Source: Psilocybe cubensis (lineage: Eukaryota). From it: 64,000 bases of DNA. The notes beneath the pieces are model-generated. The model was not told the DNA's origin. It saw nothing but the letters and a program-made list of their open reading frames with translations, and searched no databases. This document shows, in pieces, positions 10,491 to 23,083 of this stretch. Made by a program: the position numbers and the translations under genes. Position 1 is the stretch's first letter; every line of letters starts with the position of its first letter. The stretch is taken from the NCBI GenBank assembly GCA_017499595.2, contig CM039002.1, forward strand, positions 3,286,001 to 3,350,000, written 5' to 3'.

Positions 10491-13400
10491 TTACCATTCA
10501 TGTGTATCTATATCAGTTGAACTTATTATTCTGCCGTTTTTGATAGTGATTAACTTAGTGATTATGGCAATATGGACAATACAAGAGGGATGTTCATGGC
10601 ATATCAGCACAGATGTGCTCGGAGAAACAACAGACATATGCAGAAAAAAATCTGCAGGTGAGAAATTTTCTGTCCACCTACTCAATTGCGTTGAGGAATC
10701 CGCACAGGCATCACAGTCAATGAGAGTGATTACGGGTAACTTGAGCATCTTTGGGACCGAGGAACGAGGAAGCTGGTCGATACTGCGACATATAACCTTG
10801 TTCAATTCTCCGCTGCAGACGCCCTGAAGCTGGACAAAAAGCAAACTGGTGTCGGTACAGCAAGGGGCACCACCAATGTTGTTATGTTTGGCTTCTGCGT
10901 CGTAGGCTAGAATCATACGGGCATAGCGGCAAAGTATCATTTCATGGAACTTTTCTGTCGCCATGATATTTTGTGCATCCTTGTTTTTGTCCGTCTCAAT
11001 CATGTAGTGGATGGACTTCGTGCGATGACATAGCCACTCTAGAATAGCCAAGGCTTCGCCACGGGCAAAGATGCACGCCTTGCGCTCTTCGTCGCTCAGG
11101 CTGTTGGTATCCCACCGCATCCATGCGTCTAACTGTGCCAAAGTCTTGGTGGAGAACATCTGATCGGGATTTCGATAGGTCTCGTAGTCGAGCGCATTTG
11201 CCAAGATCATGTACACGCACAGAGCTATCAAGCTCGAGTATCCGGACTGCGTACTGTAGAATGGGACATGGTACATTTCATAAAAATCTGAGAGAAAATA
11301 GAAGAAAAGAATCAGATATCTTGTAGGAAACGGTAAAAAACCTCATACCTTCTGGGTCGCTGTCACCTTCAACCAAAACCTTGTAGAACCAATGTATGGT
11401 TTGCTGCAGGAAAAATCGGGACGTTGAATGATTTGTATTCGTTGCCCTGTATCCAGCGGTAAAACAGTGAATGATTCCTGTCAGGGTTTCTTCAAAGGAA
11501 GTGGAGGAGTAAAAATGTCCGCCACGGCAAACCACTGAGGAGATAGAATACGCCATATGTAGAGTATTCGGTCTCATGAAGCTGTTTTTCAAAGTAGCGT
11601 CAATATAATCAAATGGGTAGGACATTCAAAAATCACATACAGTTCTGACTGGTTATCGAGAACAATCGCCTCGTAAATCCAGTCTTGGTGGTGCGTTTCC
11701 CCGTAATCCAGCTTGTCTCCCAGAAATACACGGCGGTCAGAAGAAAGGTCAACATCCAACCGTCTGGGATACATGATAATCCACAGCTTTAGTCCATGAA
11801 GAGGTTGGATGAAGGAACAGAAACCATTGGCATCGATATGGATATCTGAAAATGCCCCCTCTGTAGCTACGAGTCCCCACGACATATCACCAAATGGGAC
11901 GGGGGTACTATACTTCCAGCTACCAGATGTAGCCCGAAGAGCAGCCGCCTCAGTACTCAAGTCAAAAGAGTGAGCGCCTGCATGAGGTAAAGGGATGTCG
12001 AGGGCATTGAGGATCTTTCCTCTTTTGCCTTTCATCCTTGCTGCTTCCATGACCTGAGAGAGGGACCCACGCTTAATCCTCTCGATGGAGTTAGACGACA
12101 TGGTCGACATATCTGTTACGGCCATTAGCATGAGACGCAGAAAGAAAAATCAAAACATCGAAGAGGAAACACACCTTGGATTGACCTGGTGCTCGTCATA
12201 TCACCCATATGGCGACGTACCTGGCTGTAGAACTCGTCGGAGCAAGTTGAAATAGACTCCTCTTGAGAAGGAGACATAAGGACGACGTTCCTTTCAGAGA
12301 AAGACTCCATCAGATACATGGATTTCGTGGTGCTGCGGTCGAATACCGCAAAACATGATTCTTCGGGACGTGCTATGTGCAATGGAACTCCATCGACGTA
12401 GTCACTCTCGACCAATTCCAGAACCCTTTCAACACGATCCACGTCGGCTTGACTCTTGTTTGGAGAATAAATAAATGACGAAAAAATCAATATCGAGAAT
12501 GACTTACATGGGCAACAACGCAGAAACTTTTAAGTTGGCCACGACCGTTGTAGATGGACCAAACTTTGGTGCCATACACCTTCTCCGGAGTGCTGACGAC
12601 ATCAAGGGTGGTGTTGCTGTCGTACAGATCGACATCAATACACAGGTCGTCGTCCAAATCAAATGTGTCGGTAGCCTGCGTCGGCTTGCGTTTGGGAGGC
12701 CGCTTGGAAAGGCCCTGCCGGCCCTTCCCTTTCCCTTTCTGAGAGGAGTCAGCCGTGGTGTTTTTGCTCCTGTTTATCTGGGAAACAGGAGGAATCCTCA
12801 AAATAAGAGGAGCAGGAGGTGCGTTCTCCCCCTCCTTTTCGCCTTGGCTGTCTTCCAATGTATTCCTCTCCATGTCTGAGGAATCATTGTTTTGCTCTGG
12901 GCCTACCCCCTCTCCATCGACCGACATTCTGTCCTCCTGGACTGGTGGAACATCCCCTTGCCCCTGCTTCTCGGTCTCATTGTCCGACGAACTGTCGTCT
13001 GGCCTTTCCTCCTCACCATCTTCTGACATTCGGTTCTCCTCGTCGGGTCGTTCTCCGTCTTGCCCCTGCTTTTCGCCCTCGTGAACTTCCGACATACGAT
13101 TTGCCTCGTCAGAAGACCCTTCAGCTCCTTGTCCAGCCCCGCCGTCTCCCAAATTTTCTGGACCATTGGTATGTGGACCATCCTCCATTTGATGGTCGAC
13201 ATCAGCTTGCTCCGGATCGACGTTCATCTCACAATCCCCTGCAGTTGAGGGCCCAGTATTCTCAGTCTGAAGTAGACCAGATCCAATATCATCACTCCGC
13301 GGCAAACCAGGTTGCTTGTCCGTGGGCACATCCTTGCCAGCCACCGAAGATGTGTCTTCCGGAGGCTGTATATCTGAGGTAGGGACCGTATTGTCCCCGT

Positions 13401-15110
13401 TCTCCTGTTGACCCATGCTGACATCCTTGCCAGCCACTGAAGACGTGTCTTCCGGAGGCTGTATATTTGAGGTAGGGACCGTATTGTCCCCGTTCTCCCG
13501 TTGACCCATGCTGACCATTTCCGTCGTGTCCACTTCGTGATCATCGTCACCCTCCGCGTCTGCGTCGGACCCTTCACAGGTGGTTTTTTCACCATGATGG
13601 GAAACGGTCTGAAGTTGAGCTGTTTTAAACGGATTTAAATCATGTAATTGACGCAGACTTTGCTTATAACTTACCGTGTGGTTCAGTGCTGTGCCTTGCT
13701 AGGTTAGAATTTGCTGTAACCTCGGCGCTGCTCGTTGACGCTGGCCAATTATTAGTTTAAATTGTTATTTTGTTACAGTACGTAGAACACACATATGAAA
13801 AAGTGAAACGCGGGATCTTGTGCAATTACCCGCTCGCATTCCATCCAGCAGTCTGAGATAACAAGTTTATATAAGGCTGACTGGATGTCGCAATTTTGCG
13901 CTGCAATGATTTTCCAAATTTCCATCTCCACTTCACGCAGAACACGGGGGCGACAATTACCGAGCGCTTTTGAGGCCTAAAGGAGTGCGTTAATCCAAGT
14001 TAAACTGGGAGGATGTGGATACACCTACTTTAAGCAGCTGCTCCCGGTCACATTTCTTAGAATACCAAGATTTATTCACAAAAAGAAGGATGGGGGATAT
14101 GAAAAGGGCGACATGCAGAGGAATTTTTAAATGAGATGGCGTGACCTCTGAGAGGAACAACGCAGCATCAGGATGGCCGCTTGCACTAGGGTATGTTGAG
14201 CAGATTGTATCAATGAATAGAGGAAAGAAAACTTACTAGAGATTTGCAAGAGTAGCCGTGTCCGTTGGAATGTCTGGTAGAATGTGTTCATTGTCCTTCA
14301 TACCGCGCATTCCTGACAAGATTTGGTAGTGTAGCGAGGCGCAGTACACATTCCCGATTATTTTCCCCACAACACCCTTGAAGTGGTTACGCGCCAGACA
14401 GAGTAATAGCGTTGATTCCGAGGGCCCGCCCTGGGTGAAAGCGGATGACGGCGTGTCACTGATAGAAGGGGTGTTGATGTTTCTGTGCGACTTAGAGTCG
14501 GCTCTGAGGATGCGCTTCCTGGCAGAGCAGAGCATTGCCGGCCAGTCCTTCAAGTCATCTACAAGCTACAATAATTGTTTGAAAATTAAGAATTAACATT
14601 GAGTGACTTCATGATCGCATACCTTGAACCGTGAAAATATTTCCTTAGTTCCTGTGCTGGCCTGTATTTCATTCAGGGGCACGGTCACCGGCAACGATGG
14701 TCCAAAGGCTGCTGGCCACAACGCTACGAGATCGAGTAGACGGTATGCTGCAAATAAGCTACCCGCCTGCTCCCATGTAGCCGAGGTTACGCAGGGTGTC
14801 TCTACGATGTTGTTCTGAAGGGCAGCCAAGCTTTGCCTATACTTGATGGCCGCTCGCATGCTCGATGATGAAACATCGTAATTCAAAAAGGTGAAGTCCT
14901 CATATCGTCGGAGGAAATCCACCATCCTCTACAGAAACTTGATATTAGTACCATAAATGGCAATCCAATTAAGACCTACGCGGAGTGGGTGCGACTCTGG
15001 CAACATGTTTTCCAGAGTCTGACGAACGACCTGCGTTTCGAAGAGAAACACCAGAATTTCTTCAGCTTGGAGTCGGGCAACGGGGGAAATCTTCTGGGCT
15101 TGCACTACAA
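10491..15110 (-). CDS. JmjC-like Fe(II)/2-oxoglutarate dioxygenase domain protein, multi-exon, with long acidic low-complexity region (start approximate)
   Basis: SWGLVATEGAFSDIHIDANGFCSFIQPLHGLKLWII (H-x-D at 11840-11832, K of GxKxW), then EAIVLDNQSEL|FMRPNTLHMAYSISSVVCRGGHFY (distal His). Upstream exons are linked by GT-AG introns. Confidence 0.75.
13331..13514 (-). repeat. 90-bp coding tandem duplication in the JmjC-like gene
   Basis: VSMGQ(R/Q)ENGDNTVPTS(N/D)IQPPEDTSSVAGKD occurs twice. Confidence 0.85.
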
Positions 15111-15295
15111 AACTTCAACGTCTCACCCTGCATTCTATTTCTTTGGGTACTTACTTTTTTTTGTGTGTTTTTTTCTGGTGTCTCAAATTTTCAACTAGAT
15201 GAATTTTAACTGAACGAAAACTATTATAGAGTGTCTAGAGTATTGTCTATGTCTATTTTATTAGAATGTATGTTAAATCTATGGGGAGGGGTACT

Positions 15296-15541
15296 ACGCT
15301 ATGACGAACGGAAAGAAAAACAATCAAGTTGGAAACACGCTATTTCCGGAGCGATTCTTTAGGGTAGGTTTCCCGTCCTGAAGTCACGAGTTGGTTAAAA
15401 AAACGCCCGTGATGCGGCTGATGTAAGGGGGCGTTTTTTTAACCAACTCGTGACTTCAGGACGGGAAACCTACCCTAAAGAATCGCTCCGGAAATAGCGT
15501 GTTTCTCACCATATGTTTTCTCTTTCCGTTCATCATAGCGT
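15296..15541. repeat. Long palindrome between divergent genes
   Basis: Perfect 77-bp arms 15332-15408 and 15429-15505 around a 20-bp spacer. Imperfect outer arms extend to 15296 and 15541. Confidence 0.95.
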
Positions 15542-15746
15542 CTTATCATAGTAATAGGTTGTGTAGTATCTAAAAATAAATTATCACAAGTTAAGATGAT
15601 AAATTAAGTGAGATGAACATCGATTAACAGTCTTTAAGACCCACAATGTCTAGTTATAAACGCAGATGACTTGACAGCCTAGGCAACCGCACAGTGTGTA
15701 CTAATCCAACCCTCCATCTAATCACTAACTTCAGGGAAATTTAATT

Positions 15747-18005
15747 ATGATCTCAAAAAATCAGGACATTAATCCCTTCATAGACATTGAAGCAGCGGTT
15801 TCCGATGATGATGAAAGTTCGGAAGAGCTTGATTATGAAGGGGGCCAACTACGTATGTTCCAATAATTTACATATATTCTGCTCAATATGTACTGATGCT
15901 AATGGGTTCTGACATACAGTGAATGATAACGATGAATACTCTGAGGATGAGGAACGTGTTGCACACTCTCGGCTATATCATGCCATGCAAAATACAGATA
16001 ACGCTGATGAATGGAGCGATTTGTTGCCCATGCTTCTGCCTTCACGCATGAAAATTCGTCCTGACAATGATATAGAGCCATCTAGTTCACGAGAACTTAT
16101 ACAGAAATATGGCAATCCCCAACCAGGAGGACTTGGTGATAATAATTATATGCCTTCCGCGACTGATATCATGTATGAAATAGGTTGCAAGGTACGCAAA
16201 AATAATATAAGTCTTCAGTCAGCATTTATTGATCACCTTACGAGTGATAGGTTGGACGCGAAGAGGCCGTCGCTTTCAAAATTATGCAGATGTCAACGAA
16301 CCCTACATTTTCCATCATCCTTGCCCGGTCTGTCTTCGCTCAATCCTCAATTCCTGGGAGAATCTACGTCGAGGCGCCATCAATGCAACATGCGCATACG
16401 TTAGCCTGCCTCGTTAGAGAGCTTAATCCGACACATTTAGTTAGGCTATCCTCGGAGAGATGTATGGAGATCCTATCTCATCCCCCACCCTCACGCCCTG
16501 AAGACCAATCGTGGGTCAAGGTTGCTGGAAAGCGTAAGGCTTGGACGACCTACGCAAATGCTACCGGCCTTGTGTTCACATTCCAGGGTCGGAAAAGTGT
16601 TGTTCTTATCCCCAGACCTCCGGACAACATCAAGAAATCGCACCTCGACAGGATATTCCAGGATGGATTTATTATCACGGATTTCGACGCCATCGATCTC
16701 AAATATCTTTCCAATGTCCTCCCAACATCGTCCGAGTTGGAGCAATTTCGCGAGTGTCCATTTGTAACGACGGAGACCTTAGCGCAAGCCTCGAAAGCCA
16801 TCTCCATGACTCGACTGAAACGATATGATCGAGTCAAAATTATTGGTGGAGAATACTTAGGTCTTTTTGGAACGGTCAAGAGTGTTTCTGACGCTGAGGT
16901 GGAAGTGCACATCCCCTCCCAAGGTATAACACAAGCAGTTGCACTACACGATCTACGTGCAGCTTTCCAGATAGGCGATAGTATTGAAGTCGTTGAAGGG
17001 GATCACAAAGATCTCCATGGATGGGTGTCAGACTTTGATGGAAGATCTGTTTGTATTATCGCCCCAGAGCACGAACGCGAAGTAGGTGAACTGTCATTCT
17101 CTTTGTCTTAGTAGTGTTCAACACATTTTTCAGGTCATTGTGCCCATCCACACAGTCATATTCTACGTCCCCCCTGCTCATGCTACTCTTCGCCCGCGAA
17201 AGCGTCATTCGTCAAAGCTTGGAGAAAGAGACCACAACGACGTCTATATAGGTTTGAGTGTCATCGTTGTCGGGAATAATACATTCAAGGGGTACTATGG
17301 CATCGTTAAAAGCACTACCCCCGACGGCTTTGCAGACGTTGAGCTGGAAGCTCGTAACCAGAGGGTGGAACGTATTAAAATATCACATTTAATTATACAG
17401 TATGTGGTTTCACTTGATTCGTTGACTGTCAGGTGCTTACTGACATTGTTTCAAGCAACCGAGAACATATAAATTCCGCTCAAGACCCCGGGCCTTCTGG
17501 TGGAGCAACTCCAATGCCGTCCACAGTAGCAAGTTTTCTGTCTCCTGCATGGAATCCGTATTCAGCAATACCTGTACACTCGGCGGTGGAAATCGCAGAA
17601 CTACCCTCAACCGTCGCTCACTGGCTAGATACGAAATACGATAAGCTGAAAGGATTACGATTAAAAGTCTTAGACAAATCCAAGGGCGACCATCAAGTGG
17701 CGATGGAACTTCTCAGCCTTACCGACAATACTGCCCACCTAGCATTACTGGGACGTACACTGACATTACCGAAATCAGTGTTGTTTCCAATTCATCCTGT
17801 AAAAAAGGACGACTTCGTTACACCGCTTGAGGGCGATTCAATGGGGATTATATTCAGGATACGATCAATAGACAAGGATATTTGCGTTGTACATAAATAT
17901 CCCGTTACTCGTATGAAACGCGGTGATACATTCCCAACTTTTCCGACAACATCTTTGATTCAAATCTTCCCCCCGTCCCGTGGTGTCAAAGTTGTAAATA
18001 TGTAG
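15747..18005 (+). CDS. Divergent Spt5-like protein (acidic N-terminus, NGN domain, several KOW motifs), multi-exon
   Basis: NPFIDIEAAVSDDDE; YEIGCK|VGREEAVAFKIM...SVFAQSSIPGRIYVEA (NGN). KOW-like DRVKIIGGEYLGLFGTV, FQIGDSIEVVEGDHKDLHGWV and IGLSVIVVGNNTFKGYYGIVKS. Short CTR-like GGATPMP..SPAWNP. Confidence 0.82.
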
Positions 18006-18172
18006 GGTGCAGCATTACTTGTATCTCGAACACGGACTTGTAGACATATACGGGTTTTATGTCATTCTATTTAAGTATATTTCGGCAATCAACAGTGCTA
18101 ATGGTTCGTAATGTGTTGATTGTCTTGAACTTAAGCCACCACCACCACACCAAATTGTTGCCCATCTTTATC

Positions 18173-18527
18173 ATGAACCATTCCAATAGCAACAACGCTT
18201 CGCAACCTCAAAGTCGCCGCCTCCCTAGCATACCCGAAGAGGCAGAGTTCTTTGTTTTAGGTCTATTTTCATGTTTTAATCCACCTTCCTCTAGAATCAA
18301 GGCATAGAGGCCGTTAAAAAGGCTCTTGACCAATTTCAACTCACTGAACAGAGGTGTCTAGAAGTTCAGGCAGAGCTACGTTGTTATATGGACGACATTA
18401 TGCGAGCATATAAATCCAATGAAGATCTTCTGTTTGAAACCCAGCTCGAAATCGCCCGTCTACGGGTATCCCTCATTAGTCGGGGAATACCTATTCTAAT
18501 GCACCCTCAGGATAATCCGCGATCATG
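18173..18527 (+). CDS. Small coiled-coil hypothetical protein (2 exons, possible GC-AG intron)
   Basis: MNHSNSNN...PSIPEE joined to NQGIEAVKKALDQFQ...QLEIARLRVSLISRGIP*. Confidence 0.45.
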
Positions 18528-18799
18528 ATAGGTGCAGTCTTTTCCCCTCTGAGATGTAACTTTACTTAACTCTAAGTAGGACATGGAATCTGACTATAAT
18601 GTATATGTGATATATTGTAGTAGATAGGGGTACTGTTTCAGTACCTGTAATTTCTATATGGCACGATATATTTTTGACTGATGTCCGTCGCCTTAAATTT
18701 TGAAAAGAGGCTAATTTCGCATACCTCCGGATCGTAGCTTGACATAATTCACCACCCCTTGTCTCTATTTCTGCATTACAACCGTCAAACCAGCCCAAT

Positions 18800-21506
18800 A
18801 TGCCACCTAAAGGATCCAAAAAGAAAAAGGCAGTTGTCAATGCCACGGTTGAAGGTATCATCTATATATCCTCATTACATCCGCATACTTAATGTTTTAT
18901 CCATCTAGGACAAGAGGTTGAACAGGGTCCGAGCTCCGTGGCAGAAAACGAGCCACCTCAGGCTCCAGAAGCAGGTCTGTACTAGCATTTTCTTTGTTGA
19001 GATTCACTGAACTCCTTATTAAAAAGACCCCAATGGCCGTCCTATCCGAAGCACCCGTGGTCTTGGTGGAGTAAATGCTCGGCAGGAGAAAACATCTAAC
19101 ATCATTTTTATTGACTTTGAGAAGGCTGGGAAGAGGAAGTCAAGGGCCGCCAATGTGGATACTAGTGCCATGCCTGAAAATGAGATGGCGCCTCCCTTGA
19201 AGAAACCTTGCAATGGGGTGAGTCTACTGTTCTAATCTTAAATTTGCTATCTTCCAAGCACGTCTAGGTTACCGTTGTGTTGCATGTAGGTCCCCCTATT
19301 CAAATGCAACCAAGGCCAACGCCTTCAGTTGCTCCTTGGGATGTCCAACAAGTCCAACCAAGCCCACGACAATCTCAGGGTGCCCCCCCTCCTGTCCAGA
19401 TCCAACGTGCAGCTCAGAGAAATCAGGAGCACTCAGAGCTTGATCATGCTGTCCAAAGACCCACTGCCCCCATCCAGCGCCCCGCTGCTCCGGTACAACA
19501 GCCAGCACATCCTGTCCCGCGCCCCGTACAACATGCAGCACATCCTGTCCCGCGCCCTGTACAACACGCAGCAAATCCTGTTCAGCGTTACGCTGCCGCT
19601 GCGGCAGAGAATTCTGTCCAATACTACAATGCCCCCGTACAACAACCAGTGCATCCTGTAACACAACATGCCCCCGTACAACAGCCAGTGCATCCAGCAG
19701 CCTATAACGCCCACCAAGAGGCTAGCATCAGCCATCAAGACGAGGAGGAGCAACAAGATTACGAAGGCATAGAGCAGGAGGAAGATGAGGAGGAGGAAGA
19801 GGGGGATAGTGACGGTGAAAGGCAATCTGAGGAAGCATCAGGGGACAAATGCATGCAAGGAATTGATGAAGAGAATATTGGGGATGAAGAAGCTCTCCAA
19901 TATGTCGACGGTGAAGCCTGCTGCCCAGCGTTGGTTTAACTCCACCTTTATGTTGTGTTTGCTTACCACCTATGTTTGACAGTGGTTGATGAAGTTTCCG
20001 ATGATGAAGAGGAGAGGAGAGCAAGGGCATTGCTCCGCCAGCCTTCCCCCCATGTAATCATTTCTCTGCTGTATTTAATGTCTAGCTAATGTATTATTGA
20101 TATAGGTTGTGGAAGTAGAGGATGTTCTTCAAGAACACCGTCGTCGTAATCGGGCGAACAAGCCATCTCGCCCTGAGGCATTGCGCAAGGCGGCTGTTTC
20201 GCAAGGAGCCGTATCCCAAGGTTTGACAAGGGAGAACAACGAAGCATCTGACGATGATGAGGTGCTTGGTGAGGCACACATCGCTCATAAGAAGTCCAGT
20301 ACTTCTTCTGCTAGGGAAGTATCCAAGCATTCAGTTGCATCCTTTACTGGTTACTGGAAAGATGTGCTCAAAATTGCACGCAAACTGATGTGCCTGTATG
20401 TAGTAGAGGAGGTCCCCTTTCCCACTCGGGAAAATCACTTATTAGTCGCCGATGGATGTGTGAAGATGGCAGTAACCGTGTTTGAAAGAATGAACACGGA
20501 TAAAGTGTTGCCTGATAGTAAGTTCTGTCTTCTGTGATTTTAGTTAATTGGTTTACATAACTTTGCAGAGAAAAAAACGCTCCTAGACAGGAATACCGCC
20601 GTAACGGTATATTTTTAGCGTGTTCTTTTAAGGATATCGTACTAACGTGTCTGTTCTCATTAGGCATTTGTCTACGCGTCAACCTTCCGGGGAAGACTGA
20701 AGACGATGATCAGACCCCTGGTCAAAAATGCGTATGGCCTCGAAGTCCCGTCGGAGGTCATCGCCGCGAACCCCAATATGTTTGAAAATCAGATGGGGGA
20801 GATCGAATACATCAAGGACAGGGTAGCATATTGGCTACTCAATGGTAAATACCACCGGGGTGTTGCCAAAACCCGAGTGAGTTCGCCGTCCATTTTACCT
20901 GGCTTACCACTCATTGATTTGTTTCCAGTATCACAATGTCCCATTTGGACATCCTTTTGTGAAGAAGATCTGTCTGGACTTCTTCTACCATCCTACAAAA
21001 GGGGTTGCAGTCCCCATCAAAGGTCTGGAGACAAAGACGGATTTCTTCAAGACATCGCTTCCCCACAAAGCATTTGCGCTTGTGGCCAGTTGTGTAGTTC
21101 TGATTTCTCTCCTGCTATTGGCACTGCCTTGCTAACAAGCATTTTGCTGTAGATCCACAACTGTCTTGAGGAGTGGAGGGATGGGATTGACCCTGCAAGA
21201 GGTGGTCCGTGTTCGGGTATTGAATTTAAGGGAGAGGAGTACTCCCTGAGGTATGATGCCTGCATGTTGGTTGCAGCAGAGGCAGAGAAGGATACCTTGA
21301 ACCAAGGTCCTCGCTTGGCTCGCTTATGTAGGGAAGTGGCTGAGGAAGGATGGTGTGTATCTTTTTTTATTCATTTCTTTCTTTGCATCATTTAGATCTC
21401 CATAATCAGTGCTATTATGAGGCCTACGAAGAACCCCCCCAACCCTTATAGGATGACTCTCCATTCTATCCCACAGGAGGAACTAGATTACGGTCCAGAA
21501 GGGTAG
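18800..21506 (+). CDS. DUF6532-like domain protein with Pro/Gln- and Glu-rich N-terminus, multi-exon
   Basis: MPPKGSKKKK start. C-terminal VEEVPFP...STFRGRLK..IRPLVKNAYGL...PFGHPFVKKI...LPHKAFALVASC|IHNCLEEWRDG...EFKGEEYSLRY pattern. Confidence 0.7.
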
Positions 21507-21774
21507 TTGGGTGAATGAGCGGGGCAGCTGCCGGGTGTGGATTAGAAGATACCATATTTAGATCGTCACATATTAATAGTTATGCATCTACTAATAGAAA
21601 CATGTTTGGTCCGATCCAAACATAGATTATCTATTTTTAAAATTGCCCATTTTAGTCAAAAATGGTTCGGTTTTCAGTGTGATATTGGCACTTGCAGGAA
21701 TAGCCACACAACACTATACAAATGAAAGTGGATACTATATATGCCTTTGTACCTATTTGCAGTGTGTTATGATG

Positions 21775-21866
21775 TGCTACAAATCTGTGGTAGCATGCTA
21801 CAAATCTGTGGTAGCATGCTACAAATCTGTGGTAGCATGCTACAAATCTGTGGTAGTATGCTACAA
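21775..21866. repeat. 21-bp tandem repeat of self-complementary units (x4)
   Basis: TGCTAC-AAATCTGTG-GTAGCA repeated; scattered (G/CA)CTAC motifs continue to ~22120. Confidence 0.9.
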
Positions 21867-22121
21867 TTTGTATGTCAGTTGTATACAGAGGGGTATGGAC
21901 CATGGTAAGCATGCTACACGCCGCTACACAGCACTCGCGTTACAATACAGATCACTACAGAGTACCATGTCACGTTGGTACCAAGCTACAGGTACATCAG
22001 TGTGTGTTACCCAAATGGGACCGTTACTATGGGCACTACAGAATTATGTATCACTACGGATCATTACCTACTTGGCCCCGGTATTGCTGATGTACAAGTT
22101 CCGGTTGATCAAGCACACAGG

Positions 22122-23083
22122 GTAAGTTTTTTTTTTCGTTTCAACTAGTCCCCAGTCTCGAATACGCCTTCGATCTTACAGCGAATCTACTCCGATTGTC
22201 GATGCGAGTAACCATGTCATTGGGGTAATTGCAAACCACCCTAACGACCCCTACTGGCAAGATCTTCAGCGCCAGGCCTCTGCTGCCATTGAGGCTCGAC
22301 GCGATCGGTGTTGCATCCCAATCGAGGACGAAACTCATCGTCAAGGAGCCTTCATTTCTCTCAATTGTGGCGTATCACACGGAGGTGGTCGAAAAATGCC
22401 GGGCAACGTTAAGAATTCCAAGCCAAACGCCGAAGTCCTGGCCGAGTTAAACGCAATGGAACCGTTCCAGAGATTCTCCAGTTTCGCATCATGTAAGTTT
22501 CTCCTCATTTTGGACAACTGCGCGCACTGAAAACGTATTGGCAGCTGTCATGTATACGTGGGCAAACCAGCTCTATCAGTACTATGCCACAACGCTTTCA
22601 AAACTACATTCCAAACACCCCAAGCTCCGTCGCATCTTCCCTGACAGCATCTTTAGTGCTGTGTCGTATAATTTTGGCCCATGGACAACCTGCTTCCAGC
22701 ACAAGGATTTCGCAAACCTTGCGTTTGGCTGGTGCGCCGTAACCGCCCTGGGAGACTTCGACTACACAGCAGGAGGCCATTTGATATTATGGGAGCTTAA
22801 GATTGTCATCGAGTTCCCACCTGGGTGCACCATTTTATTCCCCTCAGCCCTGATTACACATTCCAACGTGCCCATCAAGGAAACAGAACGTCGCTATTCA
22901 TTTGCGCAGTACACAGCGGGCGGAATCTTTCGATGGGTAGAGAATAACTTCATGACGCGTGAGCGTTATTTGGCGAAGCTGACTTGAGAGCAACATGCGC
23001 AAGACGAGGAAGCTAACGCAACACGATGGAAGTTGGGATTGTCTCTGTTATCTACGTCAAATAATGCCAAAACCACTGCATAG
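22122..23083 (+). pseudogene. TET/JBP-family dioxygenase lacking its 5' exon(s), with a premature TGA near the C-terminus
   Basis: STPIVDA..VIGVIANHP..HRQGAF..LNCGVSHGGG; TCFQHKDFANLAFGWCAVTALGDFD..GGHLILWELK..IEFPPG.TIL.PSALITHSN..ERRYSFAQYTAGGIFRWV (HxD...H...R). TGA at 22985-22987 is followed by an in-frame RWKLGLSLLS tail. Confidence 0.88.

Noticed and set aside
15747-18005. Canonical host SPT5
   Set aside because: Too short and divergent, the repeat region is nearly absent, and the gene is embedded among transposon genes; no gene symbol assigned.
21643-22125. 160-aa ORF with CYKSVVA repeats
   Set aside because: Arises from the 21-bp tandem repeat and starts at a non-ATG codon.
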